Shown piece after piece: positions 26,044 to 30,509 of a stretch of 30,509 nt of DNA. The notes beneath the pieces are model-generated. The model did no database searches. It was not told where the DNA came from and was given only the letters and a program-made list of their open reading frames with translations. Origin of the DNA: Candidatus Rifleibacteriota bacterium (GTDB lineage Bacteria > Muiribacteriota > Ozemobacteria > Ozemobacterales > Ozemobacteraceae). Position numbers and translations under genes: made by a program. The stretch spans positions 1 through 30,509 of the forward strand of contig JBNJGH010000035.1 of assembly GCA_051747585.1 (NCBI GenBank), in the 5' to 3' direction. How positions within the stretch are numbered: position 1 is the stretch's first letter; every line of letters starts with the position of its first letter.

Positions 26044-27231
26044 ATGGACGAAATCAGAGCTTTAATTAATGAAATTAAGGGTTACAAAACCGATTTACAT
26101 GGTAAAGATTTTTTACTGACCTGGGAAAAATCACCAGATGAATTAAAACAGATTCTTTCTGTAGCCAAGGCACTTAAAGAAATGAGAAATAACAATATTT
26201 CGACCAGGCTTTTTGACAGTGGCCTGGGCATCTCACTTTTCCGTGATAATTCAACCCGTACCAGATTTTCTTATGCTTCTGCTTGTAATCTAATTGGCTT
26301 AGCTGTTCAGGATCTTGATGAAGGAAAATCTCAGATTGCACATGGCGAAACGGTCAGAGAAACTGCAAACATGATTTCCTTTCTCTCTGAAGTAATAGGT
26401 ATCAGAGATGATAAATACCTGGGAGCAGGTAACGCTTATATGCGAGAAGTCGGCGAAGCCCTCGAAGACGGTTACAAACAGAATGTTTTGCCCTGTCGCC
26501 CATCTGTTGTAAACCTGCAGTGTGACATTGACCACCCAACTCAGTCTATGGCTGATCTGGCATGGCTTAAAGAATATTTTGGCGGTCTCGATAAACTAAA
26601 AGGCAAAAAAATTGCCATGACCTGGGCTTATTCACCCAGCTATGGTAAACCTTTGTCCGTGCCTCAAGGTATTATTGGACTCATGACCAGATTCGGTATG
26701 GATGTAAGCCTGGCTCACCCTGAAGGCTACAACCTTATTCCTGATGTTATAGAAACAGCAGAAAGAAATGCCGTAGAAACCGGCGGAAGTTTTAAAATTT
26801 CCAATAGTATGGATGAAGCATTTAAAGATGCAGATATTGTTTATCCTAAAAGCTGGGCACCTTACTCAGTTATGGGTCAAAGAACACAACTTCTGCGTGC
26901 CCAAGATCAACAAGGCCTTAAGGAACTCGAAAAAGAATGCCTGGCCAATAATGCCAAATATAAAGACTGGGAATGCACTGAAGATAAAATGAAACTCACT
27001 CGCGGCGGAAAAGCTCTTTATATGCATTGTCTGCCAGCAGATATTACCGGAGTTTCCTGCGAAGCCGGCGAAGTTGCTGCCTCTGTATTTGAGCGCTATC
27101 GTATAGAAACCTATAAGGAAGCCGGTTACAAACCATATATCATTGCTGCCATGATTCTTACCAGCAAATTTGCAGACTCTGGTGCAACCTTGGAAAAATT
27201 GATGAAGCAGAATATCGAAAGAATAAAATAG
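26044..27231 (+). CDS. ygeW: Knotted carbamoyltransferase YgeW
   Basis: FRDNSTRTRFS, NLQCDIDHPTQ, WAYSPSYGKPLSVPQG, YPKSW, MHCLPADI. Confidence 0.95.
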   Translation: MDEIRALINEIKGYKTDLHGKDFLLTWEKSPDELKQILSVAKALKEMRNNNISTRLFDSGLGISLFRDNSTRTRFSYASACNLIGLAVQDLDEGKSQIAHGETVRETANMISFLSEVIGIRDDKYLGAGNAYMREVGEALEDGYKQNVLPCRPSVVNLQCDIDHPTQSMADLAWLKEYFGGLDKLKGKKIAMTWAYSPSYGKPLSVPQGIIGLMTRFGMDVSLAHPEGYNLIPDVIETAERNAVETGGSFKISNSMDEAFKDADIVYPKSWAPYSVMGQRTQLLRAQDQQGLKELEKECLANNAKYKDWECTEDKMKLTRGGKALYMHCLPADITGVSCEAGEVAASVFERYRIETYKEAGYKPYIIAAMILTSKFADSGATLEKLMKQNIERIK

Positions 27232-27265
27232 TAAAATTTTAAAAACACATAAAGCTTTAAGCTTC

Positions 27266-27295
27266 AGCCGCTCGACTTCATGAAGTCGAGCGGCT
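27266..27295 (+). terminator. Perfect 30-bp palindrome after ygeW, probable terminator
   Basis: AGCCGCTCGACTTCA|TGAAGTCGAGCGGCT followed by TTGCTTT. Confidence 0.6.
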
Positions 27296-27301
27296 TTGCT
27301 T

Positions 27302-27495
27302 TAGTAATTATCCATTTAGTCATATTAGTGGGTTTCAAGACATTTTTGTTTTTTATTAAACATTAAAATTTAGAATATCAAAGATTGCTTCTTCGCGATG
27401 CTCATCGCAATGACAAATTGGGGCTGTCATTGCGAGCGAAGCGAAGCAATCTAAATGTCTTGAGACAGTTATTATAAACATATGGAGAATTACTG
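27302..27495. mobile_element. MITE-like element (194 bp) carrying an inverted pair of REP-like palindromes
   Basis: Imperfect ~43-bp TIRs (TAGTAATTATCCAT...TCAAGACATTT / AAATGTCTTGA...ATGGAGAATTACTG); degenerate flanking repeat GCTTTGCTT / GATTTGTTT; cargo AGATTGCTTC..TCGCAATGACA / TGTCATTGCGA..GAAGCAATCT. Confidence 0.7.
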
Positions 27496-27569
27496 GATTT
27501 GTTTTATGAGTAATTACAGCTGTCTAAATTTGTGTTAATATACAAAGAGAATTTTTTGAAAGGATTTTT

Positions 27570-28562
27570 ATGAATTTTATTAAAAAAAGAAAATTGATTT
27601 TTTGTTTATTGGCAGTGTTTCTGATTGCTTTACCTGTTATGAGCCAGGAACCAGAGGAGCTTAATCAAGAGGATATTCGTCAGGAATTGATGCAAAAAGA
27701 AGGCAAAGTTGTTCAGTTTCTTCAAGAGGCTTCTAAAAAACTGAATCAAAATCTTCAGAACGCTTTTGCTGAAGGAAAAGTTGATCCCAAAGATATGGAT
27801 GCTGTAAAAGGGCTTCTGGCAAAGCATACTAAAGGCGTTTTTGCTCAGGCAGAAAAGTTACGTAAAACTCTTAAAGAACCTGAAGAACGACTTAAGCTCG
27901 ATCTTGAAATGATTTCTCTGGCAGCCCAAAGTGGCATGATGGATCAAGTGATAAAAATGATCAACAAATGGAAGGGCGATGTCAGGGAAATTATGATTTT
28001 GACATCAGCTCAAAGATTAAAGTTGATGAAAGAAAATTTTTCACCAGAATTCGATGCTTTAATAAAAGAGCTAAAGAGTTCAAAAAATCCTGAGATTGTT
28101 GCAGCTGGAGAAAAAATGCTCAATGAGTTCTTTCGAGATCCTGTTGGCAAAAAATTTCCAGAATTTCCTGAAGGCTTGAAAACTACCGACGGTAAGGAAT
28201 TAAGCCTCGATCGATTTAAAGACAAAATTCTGCTCGTAGACTTCTGGGCGACCTGGTGCCCTCCTTGCGTAGAAGAAGTGCCCAACCTGGTGAAAACTTA
28301 CAATAAATACCATGAAAAAGGTTTTGAAATTATCGGGATTTCTTTTGACGAAAGTAAAGAAAAATTTGATAAATACATTGAAGAAAATAATATGCCCTGG
28401 CCCCAGTATTTTGACGGCAAAGGCTGGAAAAACGAAGTGGGACCAACTTATGGCATTCAATCAATTCCGACCATGTATTTGCTCGATAAAGATCAGAAAG
28501 TAATTTCTAATAATTTGCGTGGCGAAAACCTCGAAAAAGAACTCGAAAAAATATTTAAGTAA
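27570..28562 (+). CDS. Exported TlpA-family thiol-disulfide oxidoreductase with helical N-terminal extension
   Basis: Signal peptide; LVDFWATWCPPCVEEVP, IIGISFD, YGIQSIPTMYLLD. Confidence 0.9.
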   Translation: MNFIKKRKLIFCLLAVFLIALPVMSQEPEELNQEDIRQELMQKEGKVVQFLQEASKKLNQNLQNAFAEGKVDPKDMDAVKGLLAKHTKGVFAQAEKLRKTLKEPEERLKLDLEMISLAAQSGMMDQVIKMINKWKGDVREIMILTSAQRLKLMKENFSPEFDALIKELKSSKNPEIVAAGEKMLNEFFRDPVGKKFPEFPEGLKTTDGKELSLDRFKDKILLVDFWATWCPPCVEEVPNLVKTYNKYHEKGFEIIGISFDESKEKFDKYIEENNMPWPQYFDGKGWKNEVGPTYGIQSIPTMYLLDKDQKVISNNLRGENLEKELEKIFK

Positions 28563-28568
28563 CTAAAT

Positions 28569-28610
28569 AAAAAAAAACCGCCGGCCCATTGTGGGCCGGC
28601 GGTTTTTTTT
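28569..28610. terminator. Bidirectional rho-independent terminator
   Basis: A-run, CCGCCGGCCCA-ttg-TGGGCCGGCGG, T-run, between the convergent TlpA and ssnA genes. Confidence 0.9.
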
Positions 28611-28614
28611 GCGG

Positions 28615-29952
28615 TTAAAATCTTTCCCAGACGTTTTTAGCGATTTCTCTTGATTTTGCGCAGATCGCTTCTTCCTCTTCTTCGTCCATAAAAGTTAATT
28701 TCCCATTTTCCAGAAGAGTTTTACCCTGGCAGATTGTCATATCAACCTTGCTGTAAGGAAGCCCGAAAGTTAAATGACCAAAAGTATTGTCTGCGGTAAC
28801 CGGGGTGGGGGGAATGTAATCCCAGACAACCAGGTCAGGGGTTGAGCCTTCTTCTAATACTCCGGTTTTCTTTTTAAATAATTTATGCGCCAATCTTCCG
28901 CCATTAATTGCAAACATTTTCCAGGCTTCACCGTAAATTTTGCGAGGATCACGTGCTTCATGTTTATGTAAAATATTAGCTACCATCAGGTCTTCGAGCG
29001 GAGATGCCGACATGCCATCTGTTCCGAAGCTGACGTTAATTTTTTCTTCAAACATTTTTTCAACTGGTGCACAACCCACACCATTGTTCATGTTTGATCT
29101 GGGATTATGAATTACATTTGTCTTTGTCAGAGCAAGGGTTTGCAAATCATGCAGGTCACAGTTTACTCCATGAACAAAAATGCTGTCAGGCCCTGTCAGT
29201 TTGAAATGGTGAAGTCGGTCGACAACTGAACGATAACCTCTATTTATTGCATTTTCATTGTCAGCCTGATCTTCTGCTACATGGATATGAACTCCTGTTT
29301 TCAGGCCTTCCATTAGCTCTGCTGCTCTTTCCAGGGTTGTGTCACTTAATGTCATACTGGCATGCATACCAATCATGCCGGTAATATCAGTGTCGCTTTT
29401 AAGTTTCAGTCCTCTTATAAAGCTGGCATTTTCATTAAGGCCGGCGTCACATTTTTCTTGTCCATCACGATCTGAAACTTCATAGCAAAGATTGCCGCGA
29501 AGCCCGCATTTTCTAAATGCTTTTGCCAGAGTTTCTAAAGAACCATCGATGCAGTTCGGACTGGCATGATGGTCTATAAGGGTTGTTACGCCATTTCTCA
29601 CTGCATCGAGCAAGGGAATAATCGCAGTATAATAAAGATCTTCATTGGTTAAAGCTTTATCAAGTCGCCACCATAGTCTTTCAAGTATTTGCACGAAATT
29701 TGCGGGCGGTTCATCTTTGAGTGTAATGCCACGGGCAAAAGTAGAATACAAATGCATATGGGTATTTATAATGCCGGGCATAACCAGGCGACCTTTAACG
29801 TTTTTTATTTTGGCTTTAGGAAAACGTTCTTTTAGTTCCTTAGTCGTTCCGACTGCGTGAATCTTCTTTTCATCGTAAGCTACTGCACCGTCTTCTATAA
29901 CTTTGTGATTTTCGCCAAAAGTTAATACTGTTGCATGACCTATTATTTTCAT
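28615..29952 (-). CDS. ssnA: SsnA-like metal-dependent aminohydrolase
   Basis: INTHMHLYSTFARG, LWWRLDKAL, IDHHAS, CYEVSDRDG, HIHVAE, HNPRSNMNNGVG, GTDG. Confidence 0.9.
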   Translation of the reverse strand: MKIIGHATVLTFGENHKVIEDGAVAYDEKKIHAVGTTKELKERFPKAKIKNVKGRLVMPGIINTHMHLYSTFARGITLKDEPPANFVQILERLWWRLDKALTNEDLYYTAIIPLLDAVRNGVTTLIDHHASPNCIDGSLETLAKAFRKCGLRGNLCYEVSDRDGQEKCDAGLNENASFIRGLKLKSDTDITGMIGMHASMTLSDTTLERAAELMEGLKTGVHIHVAEDQADNENAINRGYRSVVDRLHHFKLTGPDSIFVHGVNCDLHDLQTLALTKTNVIHNPRSNMNNGVGCAPVEKMFEEKINVSFGTDGMSASPLEDLMVANILHKHEARDPRKIYGEAWKMFAINGGRLAHKLFKKKTGVLEEGSTPDLVVWDYIPPTPVTADNTFGHLTFGLPYSKVDMTICQGKTLLENGKLTFMDEEEEEAICAKSREIAKNVWERF

Positions 29953-30006
29953 TAATCAACCTCTTTTCATTGATTCTATTTTTGTTTTTACAAGGCTTAA
30001 CAAGAT

Positions 30007-30035
30007 AGTATAACCGAATTGCAAACTTCAAGCAA
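30007..30035 (-). promoter_or_regulatory. Putative sigma70 promoter for ssnA
   Basis: Minus strand TTGCTT-N17-TATACT upstream of the GAGG RBS. Confidence 0.5.
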
Positions 30036-30051
30036 AACATCCCGGTAATTA

Positions 30052-30399
30052 CAGCAATTCTCGGTCAGCGACTATCAACTTGTTTCAAAAGAGAATTTGT
30101 CTCACACCAAGCCGCGAAGCCGCAAAGAAAAGGCACAGGTAAGAAATTGATTTAGCTGGCCTTATAAGGTTTTTCATCGCAAATTCTTAGTATATTGTTA
30201 ACCACAGAGCCCGCAGAGTTGCACAGAGAATCTTTTTCAGCCTTTGTTTCTGCCATCAAATTATTAGTCAGAAAAGCACTAGTGTTTTTCTGACTAATAA
30301 TTTGAAGGCAGAAAAGCCGGACGGTGAAACCGCCGGCTGATTGTCCAAAAGGACAATCCACGGCTGAAAAAGATTAAAAAATCGTCTCGGTGCACTCTG
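30052..30399 (+). mobile_element. Nested MITE-like element, copy 3 (right arm interrupted)
   Basis: Starts CAGCAATTCTCGGTCAGC, identical to copy 1; extra ~67 bp at 30132-30198; inner IRs 30229-30242 / 30362-30375; 28/29-bp hairpin arms 30247-30275 / 30286-30314. Homology stops at 30399. Confidence 0.85.
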
Positions 30400-30509
30400 G
30401 TGCGTCAGGTTAAGCCTGACTTCTCTATTAACCTGAAAGGAGGTTAACGTGATAATTGAATGTTCGTCATGTAGCCAACCCGGCACTGAAAGGAGTAATC
30501 CCCAAAGTG
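30400..30509 (+). mobile_element. Probable 5' end (domain I) of a group II intron, truncated by window edge
   Basis: Begins GTGCG exactly where repeat homology breaks; small hairpins; TAGCCAAC (epsilon'-like) followed by CACT..GGA-GTAA-TCC..AGTG (GNRA-capped, domain Ic-like). No RT ORF or domain V is visible in the window. Confidence 0.6.

Noticed and set aside
22069..26535. Numerous 60-140-aa antisense or alternate-frame ORFs over arcC to ygeW (and likewise over other genes)
   Set aside because: Shadows of well-supported genes, with no independent motifs.
30152..30486. Two short minus-strand ORFs
   Set aside because: They lie within repeat copy 3 and the intron-like RNA, with no RBS or family motifs noted.

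Overview
AT-rich bacterial chromosomal window from a probable anaerobe (PPi-type Pfk, YgeW/YgeY/SsnA purine-catabolism genes). It carries about 27 CDS: GT2, SH3-NlpC/P60, moaA, ROK kinase, RlmD-like, pfp, JAB-DinG, ankyrin, prepilin, a sigma54-led VIT/vWA-YccA-J-domain cluster, a DnaQ-like nuclease, a 2H phosphoesterase, arcC-PLP enzyme-ygeY-ygeW, TlpA and ssnA. No rRNA, tRNA, CRISPR array or transposase was found. The most striking signal is non-coding: three copies of a ~370-bp nested MITE-like element (1913-2282, 11387-11756, 30052-30399) with terminal inverted repeats and, for the two complete copies, target-site duplications. Inside each, 14-bp perfect inverted repeats bracket a ~116-bp multi-hairpin core. 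The core is flipped relative to the shell in copy 2, the hairpin apex is flipped in copy 3, and the long hairpin arms differ between copies yet stay self-complementary. Copy 3 is interrupted by what looks like the 5' end of a group II intron. Related termini bracket a different palindromic cargo at 27302-27495. All calls come from reading the sequence by eye; no searches were run.
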